Assembly (NCBI GenBank): GCA_964587195.1
Contig: CAZPKN010000001.1
Span: forward strand, 341-64,340
DNA: 64,000 nucleotides
Direction: 5' to 3'
DNA from: an uncultured Gammaproteobacteria bacterium
GTDB lineage: Bacteria; Patescibacteriota; Patescibacteriia; Patescibacteriales; UBA12465
Below the pieces are notes generated by a model. That model made no database searches. It saw only the letters and a program-made list of their open reading frames with translations, and was not told the origin of the DNA. Made by a program: the position numbers and the translations under genes. This document shows, piece after piece, positions 29,073 to 38,789 of the stretch (positions within the stretch are counted from its first letter, which is position 1; each line of letters opens with the position of its first letter).

Positions 29073-29642
29073 TTAATTTTTCCTATTGTCAAGCTCTTTC
29101 TGTACCGCCCCCCAAACAGCCGAAAAAACCTCATTTGGAGCCAATTTCGTTGTATCTAGATAGAAATCATAGTTTTCAGGCTGATAAATGTCTATATTAT
29201 AGTACTTTTGATAGCGAGTTGTATCGCTAAGCACACGGCTACGATTACTGTCTAAAACTTTTTCCCAACTATCAAGCCCTTTATCCTCATTCCTATCATT
29301 TTTAGACTGCAAGCTTTTAAAAATCCTTTTTGCCCCTTCCTCCTCATGAACATCCAGATATATCTTAAAAGAATGAGGAATAAAATACCAAGATGTCCGG
29401 CCCTCGATAACAAAATTGTCTTCTTTTTCCCCTAATTCTTTCTGATAAAGATCAACTTCTTGATCAGTTTGAATATCATTTTCGCCCAATTTATTATATT
29501 CAGCCAGCGTCATCCCGCGTTCTTTAGCCTTATCGCGCCGTAAACCGCCGATATAATACCGGGGATAATTTAATTTATCAGCTAACATTTGCGCAATAGT
29601 ACTTTTCCCTGAACCGGGGGCACCGCTTAAAGAAATTATCAT
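29073..29642 (-). CDS. cytidylate kinase-like protein (archaeal-type CMK)
   Basis: ISLSGAPGSGKST, VIEGR, RYQKYYNID. Confidence 0.85.
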   Translation of the reverse strand: MIISLSGAPGSGKSTIAQMLADKLNYPRYYIGGLRRDKAKERGMTLAEYNKLGENDIQTDQEVDLYQKELGEKEDNFVIEGRTSWYFIPHSFKIYLDVHEEEGAKRIFKSLQSKNDRNEDKGLDSWEKVLDSNRSRVLSDTTRYQKYYNIDIYQPENYDFYLDTTKLAPNEVFSAVWGAVQKELDNRKN

Positions 29643-29727
29643 AAATTATTTGTCATTTTAATCTTTATCCTTTATCATTATTATATAGAAAAATTATCAA
29701 ATCTCCAAAAAGCTTATTTTAAGACTT

Positions 29728-32700
29728 ATGTATTTAGAAAGATTAGAAATCCAAGGCTTTAAATCCTTCGCCAACAAAAACAAGTTGGTTTTTTCGGGCC
29801 TAATCGGCGATGAAAAGCGTGGCTTAACTGCTATTGTCGGACCGAACGGTTCTGGGAAGTCTAATGTCGCCGATGCTATCCGCTGGGCTCTCGGCGAACA
29901 GAGCATGAAAACTATTCGCGGTAAAAAAAGTGAAGATGTTATTTTCTCCGGTTCCGATAAAAAAGGCCAGCTCGGTATGGCCGAAGTCTCTCTTTGTTTA
30001 AATAATTCCGAAGTCGCTAAAAATAAATTAACCGCTCCTGAAAAAATCGAAAAAGAAGAAGACTTAAACCAAATTATTTTAAGCTGCCCGGAAATCGTTA
30101 TTACTAGAAGAATTTATAGAAGCGGAGAAAGCGAATACTTACTAAATAATAGCCGCGTCCGTTTATCTGATATCCAGATGCTACTGGCTAAGGCAAACTT
30201 TGGCCAAAAGACTTACAGCGTTATCGGCCAAGGCATGGTTGAGAATTTTTTAAACACTTCCGCCGCTGAACGCAAAGATTTTTTTGATGAAGCGACCGGC
30301 GTTAAGCAATTCCAAATCAAACGCGATTCGGCTTTAAATAAACTTGAATCAAGTTACGAAAATCTCCAGCAAGTCGAAATGCTCTTAACTGAAATTAGGC
30401 CGCGTCTTAAAAGTTTAACTCGCCAAGTTGAAAAACTAAAAAAACGTGATGAAATATCTTCGCGCTTAAAAGCCTCTCAACTCGACTATTACGGCTACCT
30501 CTGGCAAGACATTAATAATAAATTGAATAAAGCGAACCTTGGCTTTTTGGACTTGGAAAAAGATAAAATTGAACAAGAAAAAAAATTAACTAAGATAAAC
30601 GACGAGTTAAATAAAATTCGCGCGACTAATAATTTCCAAGAAATAAATGAACTACAAGCGAGCTTAAAAATCCTAGAAGGCCAAAAGGGCCAGTTCCAAA
30701 AACAACTAGCGAAACTGCAGGCCGAACTAGAACTTCAATTAGAGGCGCAGGGCCAGTTTGATGTTTCTTGGCTTAACAATAAACAAAGTGAACTAGAGGC
30801 TGAAAGACAAAATACCGCTAGCGAGCTAGCTCGCCTTCAAGCCGGCAACAATACTAATGAAGAAGCGGCTCTTCAAGATGAGCTCCGCCAAGTTAATAAT
30901 GAAATCCAAAAAATTAAAAATACCCAAGCAGAAATTGCCGGATTAGAAACTGAAAAATCTTTCTACTTCAAACAAGTTTCAAAGTTAGAGGCGGTTTTAG
31001 AGGCTAATCTGGAAGCGCAGGGCCAATTTGATATTTCTTGGCTTAATAATAAACAGGAAGAACTATCTGGAGATTTAAGTCGTTTAAAAGAAGAGCTAAT
31101 AAAGCTGCGCCGTGAAAATAATAGAGACCAGGAAAATGCTCAGCGTGAGAAATTGTCGGCTATCCAAGAAGAATTGAATACTTTAAATCGTGATTTATCA
31201 AATCTTAACAATGAGCTCCGAAGTTCGAAAAAGTCCGCTGGCCAAAATGAAGAAATTAGCCGCCTCATCGACGATTTCTTAAAACAACTAGAAAACATCG
31301 AAAAAGAAAATGACTTAAATCGCGTTAAAATTTTACTAGCGGATGCTAAAAAAGATTTCCAAAAAAACATCTCCCAAGCCATTAGCGGCCTTGATGATGA
31401 GAAGTTAAACCGCATTAAAGAAATTCAAACGACTATCATTAATTTAAATGAAGAGAAGCAGCTAGTTCAAGAAAATTTAAACAACGAACGCCTCAGACTA
31501 TCAAGCGTTAGCGAACGCTTGCGCTTACTTGAAGAAAAAGAATCACAAATCAACCGAGAATTAATTGATATCCGCGCTAAACTAGAGAAGGCGCAAGTTA
31601 AATTCGATGCCGGAAAAATAGAGGCTGATAAAGAAAATTTACTTAAAAAAATCGCCTTACTAGAAAAAGATCAGGCTAATCTGCGCCTAAACTCCGACCT
31701 TGATCCTTCCCTGGAAAAGCGTCAGGCCATTCAAGACAAATTAAATGACTGTCGTTTAAAGGCCTCCGCTCTATCTGAAAGAAAACGCTTGCTGGAACAC
31801 GAACAAGCCGATTTAGATAGAGAAATAGCAGATATTAAAAATAAACTCACCAAAAGCCAAATGAAGTTCGATGCGAGCGGACTAGAAAAAGAAAAAACAG
31901 AAATAAATGAACGGATAAATTCAATTAACGAGGAGATAAAAAATCTAGAAGAAAAGCTCGCCTTGCTTTCAGCCGCTCAAGAACAGGAAAAAAGTCGTAT
32001 GTTCTCTTATCAACAATCTGCTCAAGAGATCCAGCAAAGCCTTAACTATTTACTCGAAGAATTAAACAGCTTGAAAGTTGAAGCGGCCCGCCAAGAAACT
32101 AAACTGGAAGATTTAGAAAATAATATCAGGAATGACGAACTAGAAATCGGCGAAGTTAAAAGCTATCAGACTGCTATTAATGAAGAGTCTCTCGGCCATC
32201 TGCAAAAAGCCATTCTAGGCGACAAAAATCAACTTGATCAAATCGGTGGCATCGATCCAGAAACTGAAAAAGAATTTGCAGAAACCAAAGAGCGTTATGA
32301 TTTCTTGAGCGGCCAAACCGAAGATCTTGATAAAACTATTAAATCCTTAGAAGAAGTTATTTACGAATTAGACACGACGATTAAAGAGCGCTTTGATAAA
32401 GAATTTAAATTAATCGCTGAAAAATTTGATGAGTATTTTAAGATACTCTTTAACGGCGGTTCAGCAAAAATTTCTAAAGTCATGTTAGAGGACTTAGAAA
32501 AAGACGATAATAAAAATAATGGAGCTGATGCGCAAGCCAACCAAACAACCGAAACTAATCTTAGCCCATCAGAAGTAGCGGCAAAAAATGCTAGTGAAGA
32601 AAAATTAAAACGCTTAAGATTCCTTAAAAAACATAACGCTGTCGGATTGGCCGGCATTGAAATACAGGCAATTCCTCCTGGCAAAAAAATTCAAGCAGTT

Positions 32701-33006
32701 TCAATGCTGTCTGGTGGCGAGCGTGCTTTAACGGCGATTGCCCTAATAAGTGCTATTATTAGCGCTAACCCCTCGCCATTTGTCGTTCTTGATGAAGTCG
32801 ACGCCGCTTTAGACGAAGCTAATTCCGAGCGTTTAGCGAAAATTCTCGACGATTTATCAAATAAAACTCAGTTTATCGTCATTACTCACAACCGCGCCTC
32901 CATGCGCCGCGCCAGTATTCTTTACGGCGTCACGATGGAAGAAAACGGCGTTAGTAAATTATTAAGCGTTAAGCTTGATGAAACCTTGGCTAATGCCAAA
33001 AGATAA
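29728..33006 (+). CDS. smc: SMC family ATPase lacking a recognisable hinge domain
   Basis: GFKSF, VGPNGSGKSN, QG Q-loop; LSGGE, LDEVDAALD, ITH; long coiled coil. Confidence 0.9.
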   Translation: MYLERLEIQGFKSFANKNKLVFSGLIGDEKRGLTAIVGPNGSGKSNVADAIRWALGEQSMKTIRGKKSEDVIFSGSDKKGQLGMAEVSLCLNNSEVAKNKLTAPEKIEKEEDLNQIILSCPEIVITRRIYRSGESEYLLNNSRVRLSDIQMLLAKANFGQKTYSVIGQGMVENFLNTSAAERKDFFDEATGVKQFQIKRDSALNKLESSYENLQQVEMLLTEIRPRLKSLTRQVEKLKKRDEISSRLKASQLDYYGYLWQDINNKLNKANLGFLDLEKDKIEQEKKLTKINDELNKIRATNNFQEINELQASLKILEGQKGQFQKQLAKLQAELELQLEAQGQFDVSWLNNKQSELEAERQNTASELARLQAGNNTNEEAALQDELRQVNNEIQKIKNTQAEIAGLETEKSFYFKQVSKLEAVLEANLEAQGQFDISWLNNKQEELSGDLSRLKEELIKLRRENNRDQENAQREKLSAIQEELNTLNRDLSNLNNELRSSKKSAGQNEEISRLIDDFLKQLENIEKENDLNRVKILLADAKKDFQKNISQAISGLDDEKLNRIKEIQTTIINLNEEKQLVQENLNNERLRLSSVSERLRLLEEKESQINRELIDIRAKLEKAQVKFDAGKIEADKENLLKKIALLEKDQANLRLNSDLDPSLEKRQAIQDKLNDCRLKASALSERKRLLEHEQADLDREIADIKNKLTKSQMKFDASGLEKEKTEINERINSINEEIKNLEEKLALLSAAQEQEKSRMFSYQQSAQEIQQSLNYLLEELNSLKVEAARQETKLEDLENNIRNDELEIGEVKSYQTAINEESLGHLQKAILGDKNQLDQIGGIDPETEKEFAETKERYDFLSGQTEDLDKTIKSLEEVIYELDTTIKERFDKEFKLIAEKFDEYFKILFNGGSAKISKVMLEDLEKDDNKNNGADAQANQTTETNLSPSEVAAKNASEEKLKRLRFLKKHNAVGLAGIEIQAIPPGKKIQAVSMLSGGERALTAIALISAIISANPSPFVVLDEVDAALDEANSERLAKILDDLSNKTQFIVITHNRASMRRASILYGVTMEENGVSKLLSVKLDETLANAKR

Positions 33007-33099
33007 ATTATTGTTTATTTTTCGTTTATCTAAAATTTAAAGCCGGCTTGTTAAAATAAAATCACCTTAACTTCAGGTGATTTTATTTTTAATAATTTT

Positions 33100-34632
33100 A
33101 TGGCGATTAAAATTTTAGCGGCCGCTATTATCGGCCTAGAAGCGTCAATTATCGAAGTCGAAGCTGATTCGGGCGGCGGCGATTTCGGACAGATAAGCAT
33201 CGTTGGTTTACCGGACGCCTCCGTCTCGGAAGCGAAAGAGCGCGTTAAAAGCGCTCTAAGAAATTCCGGCTATGAATTCCCGCGGCGGAAAATAACAGTT
33301 AATCTCGCTCCCGCTAATATTAGAAAGCATGGCCCCGGTTATGATTTAGCAATCGCCATCAGCATTCTGGCTTTGAAAAACAATTTTAGCTGGGATTTTG
33401 AAAAATCTCTTTTAGCGGGCGAATTATCTTTAAGCGGCGAACTGAGACCGCTTAACGGTGTTTTAGCCATCGCTATCAAAATGAAAAAAGCCGGCTTAAA
33501 AGATTTATTTATTCCCCGCGGTAATATCCGAGAAGCGTCTTTAGTCGGCGGGTTAAATATTTTTCCGGTTGATAATTTAACCGAACTGGCTCGCCACTTT
33601 TCTGGCAAGGAACTCTTAAACCCTGTCTGTGAAAAATTAACTTTTCCGCCGTCTGTAAAAAATAATGATTTAAATGAATCTGATTTTGCTTTTATCAAGG
33701 GTCAAGAAAAAGCCAAGCGAGCTTTAGAAATCGCCATTGCTGGCGGCCACAATATTTTAATGGCCGGACCGCCTGGATCGGGTAAAACTTTATTAGCCCA
33801 AGCGGCCGCCGGCATACTGCCTGATTTATCCGAAGAAGAGACGTTAGAAATAACTAATATCTATAGTATCGCCGGTGAATTAAAGCCTGAAGCTCGTTTA
33901 ATAACTGAACGCCCCTTTCGCATGCCGCATCATAGCGCTTCAAATACTGCTTTAGTCGGCGGCGGCTCGTGGCCTAGACCAGGGGAAATATCCTTAGCCC
34001 ATCATGGTGTTTTATTTCTTGATGAATTTCCGGAATTTAGCCGCTTAGCTTTAGAAAACTTACGCCAACCGCTTGAAAACGGCCATATTACCATTAATCG
34101 CTCGGCCGGTTCCTTAAAATTTCCTTGCCGGTTTATTTTAATCGCCGCCATGAATCCCTGCCCTTGCGGTTATTATGGTGATAAAAAAGTCGCCTGCACC
34201 TGCCGAAGTAAACAAATCGCTGATTATCGCCGGAAAATTTCCGGCCCGATTATGGACAGAATCGATATCCATATTTCCGTTCCCCGCTTAGATTTTGATG
34301 CCCTGAGTAGTAATATCATCGGTGAAAATTCACAAATCGTAAAAGCCCGCTTAAGCGCCGCCAGACAGCGCCAATTAGAGCGTTTAAAAACGCCTGGGAA
34401 AATATTAAATAGCCGTTTATCAAGCCGTCTAATTGAAAAATATTGTTTTTTAGACGAAGAGTCAAAAAACATCCTAAAAGTAGCCTCTAGCCGCTTAAAT
34501 TTATCATCGCGCTCCTATTTTAAAGTTTTAAAAGTCGCCAGAACTATCGCTGATTTATCCGGCCAAGATCATGTTTCCGTCGAGCATATCGCCGAAGCTC
34601 TCCAATACCGACCACAATTACTAGACAGTTGA
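33100..34632 (+). CDS. comM: YifB/ComM family Mg-chelatase-like AAA+ ATPase
   Basis: IVGLPD..V.EAKERV, VNLAPA, GPPGSGKT, PHHS, GEISLAHHGVLFLDE, AMNPCPCG. Confidence 0.92.
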   Translation: MAIKILAAAIIGLEASIIEVEADSGGGDFGQISIVGLPDASVSEAKERVKSALRNSGYEFPRRKITVNLAPANIRKHGPGYDLAIAISILALKNNFSWDFEKSLLAGELSLSGELRPLNGVLAIAIKMKKAGLKDLFIPRGNIREASLVGGLNIFPVDNLTELARHFSGKELLNPVCEKLTFPPSVKNNDLNESDFAFIKGQEKAKRALEIAIAGGHNILMAGPPGSGKTLLAQAAAGILPDLSEEETLEITNIYSIAGELKPEARLITERPFRMPHHSASNTALVGGGSWPRPGEISLAHHGVLFLDEFPEFSRLALENLRQPLENGHITINRSAGSLKFPCRFILIAAMNPCPCGYYGDKKVACTCRSKQIADYRRKISGPIMDRIDIHISVPRLDFDALSSNIIGENSQIVKARLSAARQRQLERLKTPGKILNSRLSSRLIEKYCFLDEESKNILKVASSRLNLSSRSYFKVLKVARTIADLSGQDHVSVEHIAEALQYRPQLLDS

Positions 34633-34693
34633 TTTTAAGTTGGAAAAGGTCTGGCTTTTTGCTATAATAAAAGAAATGATAACCACTAAAAAT

Positions 34694-36061
34694 ATGACTA
34701 AAAAAGCTATTACTTTATTTTTGCTCGCGACTTTTATCCTGGGCTCCGGTTTCGGCTGCAAGACGGGCGACAAAAAAACTCAAGAAGCTTTAAAGCCGGT
34801 TACTCTGACTTACTGGCGAGTCTTTGACGGCCCAGACGCTTTTTCAGAAATTATCCAAAAGTATAACGCTCTTCATCCTAATATTACTATTAACTACCGC
34901 AAGCTTCGTTATGAAGAATACGAAAGCGAGCTTTTAAATGCTTTAGCTGAAGACAGAGGGCCGGATATTTTTTCTATTCATAATACTTGGATGAAAAAAT
35001 ATGAATCAAAATTAGCCCCTCTGCCTAAAACTATTACCCTTGCCTACCAAGTTACCCAGGGAACGATTAAAAAAGAAGTTGTTCAGAAACTACAAACAAC
35101 GAATAGCTTGACTACTAGAGAGCTGCGCGATAACTTCGTCGATGTAGTTAGCTCTGATGTTATCTTAAGCGACGGCCAGATTTACGGCTTGCCTCTCTCG
35201 GTTGATACTTTAGCAATGTATTATAATAAAGATTTATTTAATCAAGCCGGCATCAGTGATATCCCTAGCTACTGGAATAATGACTTTGTTCAAACTGTGA
35301 AAAAAATAACTCTCCAGAATGCCCAGAAAGAATTAGTCCAATCGGGCGTCGCTTTAGGCGGCGGCAAAAACATCAACCGCGCCAGCGACATATTATCAGT
35401 TTTAATGCTGCAGAGCGGAGCGACTATAATGAATGAGCGGGGACAAGTTCTCTTTAATGTTCCTAATAATAACGCCTATACCCCCGGGCTTGACGCCTTG
35501 CGTTTTTATGCCGATTTTTCCGACCCAGCAAAAGAATCATATTCTTGGAACAATACTCTGCCCAATTCTTTAGAGATGTTTATGAACGGTACCTTAGGAA
35601 TCATGTTTAGCTATTCTTATGACTTGCCGACTATCAAGGCTCAAGCCCCAAAGCTTAATTTTTCCGTCGCTAAGCTCCCTCAAATCGAAGGCAATCCGCC
35701 GACCAATATTAATTTTGCTAATTATTGGATAGAGGTTGTTTCTAAAAAAAGCGCCTATACTAATGAGGCTTGGGACTTCGTCCAATTTATGACAAAAGCT
35801 GAGAACGTCCAAAGCTACTTAAACAAAAGCAAAAAGCCGACTGCTTTACGGGCCTTAGTTGCTGAACAAAAAAAGCATGAAGAAATCGGAGTCTTTGCTG
35901 ATCAAGTGCTAACTGCTAAAAGCTGGTATCGCGGCAAAAATTCTTTGGCCGCTGAAGAAGCGATGATAGAGATGATTTCTGCGGCTAATTCCGTCCCGAC
36001 TGATAAATTGAAGGATGTCGCTGGTATCGGGGCTGCTAAAATTCAACAAACGGTCTACTAA
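34694..36061 (+). CDS. extracellular solute-binding lipoprotein (sugar ABC type)
   Basis: Lipobox GSGFGC; GPDIF, YGLPLSVDTLAMYYNKDLF, AWDFVQF. Confidence 0.88.
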   Translation: MTKKAITLFLLATFILGSGFGCKTGDKKTQEALKPVTLTYWRVFDGPDAFSEIIQKYNALHPNITINYRKLRYEEYESELLNALAEDRGPDIFSIHNTWMKKYESKLAPLPKTITLAYQVTQGTIKKEVVQKLQTTNSLTTRELRDNFVDVVSSDVILSDGQIYGLPLSVDTLAMYYNKDLFNQAGISDIPSYWNNDFVQTVKKITLQNAQKELVQSGVALGGGKNINRASDILSVLMLQSGATIMNERGQVLFNVPNNNAYTPGLDALRFYADFSDPAKESYSWNNTLPNSLEMFMNGTLGIMFSYSYDLPTIKAQAPKLNFSVAKLPQIEGNPPTNINFANYWIEVVSKKSAYTNEAWDFVQFMTKAENVQSYLNKSKKPTALRALVAEQKKHEEIGVFADQVLTAKSWYRGKNSLAAEEAMIEMISAANSVPTDKLKDVAGIGAAKIQQTVY

Positions 36062-36072
36062 TAATTATTTAT

Positions 36073-36753
36073 ATGAGAAAAAAAATCTTTGCTTTTAGCC
36101 TTTGTTTAATTATCTTTTTAGCAGTTCTAATCATCCCGACCATATCAAGCGCCCAAAGCTCAATCATTGCTTCTTCTAGCGAAAAATATGAATACGGGCA
36201 ATACGGCCTTAATGACATGTTAAGTATAGCGACTTGGGCGGCCAAATGGATACTGGGAATAGTCGGCTCGCTAACTCTTTTAATGTTTGTCTATGGCGGC
36301 TTTATCTTATTAACTTCGGCTGGTAGTAATGAAAAGGTCGGAGAAGCAAAAAAAATAATTACCGCGGCGGTAATCGGTTTAATTATTGTTTTCAGTAGCG
36401 CCATGATAATTAGGTTTGTTTCTACTTCGCTCGGATTAAGTTGGTCCGGAGAAAAATTAGAAACGGCCTCTAGCCAAAATACAGGAGGAGTAATAAAAGC
36501 AACTGACTCAACTTGCGCAAATTATAAATTATCTAGCGGAGAAACAGCGGGATCATCAGGATTTAGTTGCGTTGAATCAAGCAGTGCTGGCTATTGTCTT
36601 AACGGGCTCTGCCCAAGTTATGGCAGCAGCATAAAATGCTGCGCGCCAAAATGTGAGACCAAGCATCCTGGATGGACATGTACTACCGATACCGACGGAA
36701 AAACTTGTGTCGATTATCTATGTAAAGGGGCGGGGAAATGTTGCAAAAAATAA
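36073..36753 (+). CDS. VirB2/TrbC-like pilin with Cys-rich C-terminal extension
   Basis: Signal peptide; YGGFILLTSAG..KV.EAKKII..AVIGL; 12 C-terminal Cys. Confidence 0.8.
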   Translation: MRKKIFAFSLCLIIFLAVLIIPTISSAQSSIIASSSEKYEYGQYGLNDMLSIATWAAKWILGIVGSLTLLMFVYGGFILLTSAGSNEKVGEAKKIITAAVIGLIIVFSSAMIIRFVSTSLGLSWSGEKLETASSQNTGGVIKATDSTCANYKLSSGETAGSSGFSCVESSSAGYCLNGLCPSYGSSIKCCAPKCETKHPGWTCTTDTDGKTCVDYLCKGAGKCCKK

Positions 36754-36756
36754 ATT

Positions 36757-37413
36757 ATGGCGGCCTTTATTCCTAAAAAAATTATCAATGAGATAAGTTG
36801 TGGAGAGAAACTGCGAGCGGCTCGTCTGGCAAAAAACTGGGAATTAGCCGATATCGCTAAACATTTATCTATCAAAGAAGAATACTTAACTGCCCTTGAA
36901 GAGAACCGCTTTGAACGTTTGCCGGCGGGATTATACGGAAAAAATTTTATCAAGAAATATGCGCGCCTACTGCGGTTAGATTGTCGAGAACTCTTAACTG
37001 ACTGGGAGAATCAACTAGGCAACGAAATTGACGACCCGTTCTCTCGAAAAATTATCAATCGCCGCCAATTTATCGTCTTCCCTAAATTAGTGAGAAATAC
37101 TTTGATAATTTTAGCCGTCGCTGTTTGTTTTCTTTATCTGATTTTCTATTTCCGCAACATTATTCTGCCCCCGGAAATGACAATTCATTATCCAGAAACT
37201 AATTTGTCTTTAAACGCTACTAAGCTAACTATCTCCGGAACAACCGAGGCCGAAGCGGAAGTACGCATTAATGGCGAGATTGTTTTAAATAACGACCAGG
37301 GAAACTTTGAGCAGACTGTTAATTTAAAAAAGGGCCTAAATAATATTATTATCCGGGCGAAAAAAAAATATAGCCAAGAACAAATTATCACCCGCCAAAT
37401 TTTAGTCGAATAA
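36757..37413 (+). CDS. RodZ-like HTH membrane protein with C-terminal Ig-like domain
   Basis: GEKLR.AR..LADIA..L.I..YL.ALEE..FERLP...Y.KNFIKKYA.LL; one TM segment. Confidence 0.82.
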   Translation: MAAFIPKKIINEISCGEKLRAARLAKNWELADIAKHLSIKEEYLTALEENRFERLPAGLYGKNFIKKYARLLRLDCRELLTDWENQLGNEIDDPFSRKIINRRQFIVFPKLVRNTLIILAVAVCFLYLIFYFRNIILPPEMTIHYPETNLSLNATKLTISGTTEAEAEVRINGEIVLNNDQGNFEQTVNLKKGLNNIIIRAKKKYSQEQIITRQILVE

Positions 37414-37423
37414 TCTAAAAAAT

Positions 37424-37975
37424 ATGCCTACTATTAAAAATTCCTTCTTATTTGACATTGAGAAAATTATCGGTAAAATGAAAATATCCGAGGGCCAGGT
37501 AGTAGCCGAACTGGGTTGTGGCAACTTTGGCTTCTTTGTTTGGCCGCTAGCTAAATTCGCTGGCAGGCGTGGGACGGTCTATGCCGTCGATATCTTAAAA
37601 AATAGCCTAGATGAAATAAAGCGCAAGGCCTTAAAAGATAACTTTCCGCAAGTTAAACCTGTTTGGAGTAATTTAGAGATTTTTAAAGGAACAAAGATCG
37701 AAACTAATAGTTTAGACGCCGCCTTACTCATTAATGTCTTACATCAATCCGAAAAAAAAGCTGATATTTTAAGAGAGGCGCTAAGGATGTTAAAGCGCGG
37801 CGGACAACTGATGATTGTCGAGTGGGGAAATAGCGACTCGCCGCTCGGACCAGAACCAGCCAAACGCGTTCGTCTAGAATCCTTAAAACGCGCCGCTGAA
37901 AAATTAGGGCTTGATTTAAAAGAAGAATTTTTAGCCGGACCCTATCATTACGGAATTATTTTAATTAAATTATAA
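37424..37975 (+). CDS. class I SAM-dependent methyltransferase
   Basis: VAELGCG, VYAVD, LKRGGQLMIVEW. Confidence 0.85.
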   Translation: MPTIKNSFLFDIEKIIGKMKISEGQVVAELGCGNFGFFVWPLAKFAGRRGTVYAVDILKNSLDEIKRKALKDNFPQVKPVWSNLEIFKGTKIETNSLDAALLINVLHQSEKKADILREALRMLKRGGQLMIVEWGNSDSPLGPEPAKRVRLESLKRAAEKLGLDLKEEFLAGPYHYGIILIKL

Positions 37976-37979
37976 AACT

Positions 37980-38363
37980 ATGCGACACCTTTTAGACTTG
38001 AACTACTGGTTCAATCTGCGCCCGGAAACGCTCAGTAGCGTCGGACAAGCCCTGTTTATTATTTTACTGGCCATCTTTTTAGTGACCATTATTGTAATCT
38101 TTATCGCCAAGAAAAAAATGGGGATATACCGAGGATTTTTTAAGAGAATATCTGACTTCTGTGTCGGCAACTTAATCATCGGCGGGACGCTCCTCTTTTT
38201 TAACTATGAGATTATCCCCTTCTTCTCGGCTCGTTTCTGGCTAGCGATTTGGGCCATCGTTATGATTGTCTGGAAATATTTTATTTTAAAGACGCTCAAG
38301 AAAATAAAGTTAGATAGAAACGATAAAGGAAAAGAAGACCAGTTTAAAAAATATCTTCCCTAA
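37980..38363 (+). CDS. hypothetical membrane protein
   Basis: 3 TM segments, E.IPFFS.RFW, C-terminal KYLP. Confidence 0.75.
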   Translation: MRHLLDLNYWFNLRPETLSSVGQALFIILLAIFLVTIIVIFIAKKKMGIYRGFFKRISDFCVGNLIIGGTLLFFNYEIIPFFSARFWLAIWAIVMIVWKYFILKTLKKIKLDRNDKGKEDQFKKYLP

Positions 38364-38422
38364 ACATTTTTAAAATATTTTTAACAAAAAAACCTCTCGG
38401 CTCGAGAGGTTTTTATAAAAAT

Positions 38423-38782
38423 ATGAATTACCGAAAATCACTTGGCGCACGAGGAGAAAATTTAGTCAAAGCATATCTACTAAAAAATGGCCAAACTTTC
38501 ATTACTCAAAACTACCGCTGCGGCCGGCAAGAAATCGACCTAATTTTTAAAGACGGCCCCTGGTTAGTTTTTATAGAAGTTAAAACCCGTCAAAAAACCG
38601 GGGTAGTCGAAACCGAGGGGACTCTAAAACCTAGACAAGCCCAGCAGCTCGGCCGTGCCCTAACGGCTTACTGTTTAAAAGTCGGACACAATCTGGAAAA
38701 GGCTCGGCTTGATTTAGTTATCGTATCTGTTGATAAGAAAAAAGTGACCGCTGACTTAGTTTTCTATAAAAATGTTTTATAA
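38423..38782 (+). CDS. YraN family endonuclease-like protein
   Basis: LG.RGE..V..YL, NYRC..QEIDLI, LVFIEVKTR, RLD. Confidence 0.9.
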   Translation: MNYRKSLGARGENLVKAYLLKNGQTFITQNYRCGRQEIDLIFKDGPWLVFIEVKTRQKTGVVETEGTLKPRQAQQLGRALTAYCLKVGHNLEKARLDLVIVSVDKKKVTADLVFYKNVL

Positions 38783-38789
38783 TATTTAT

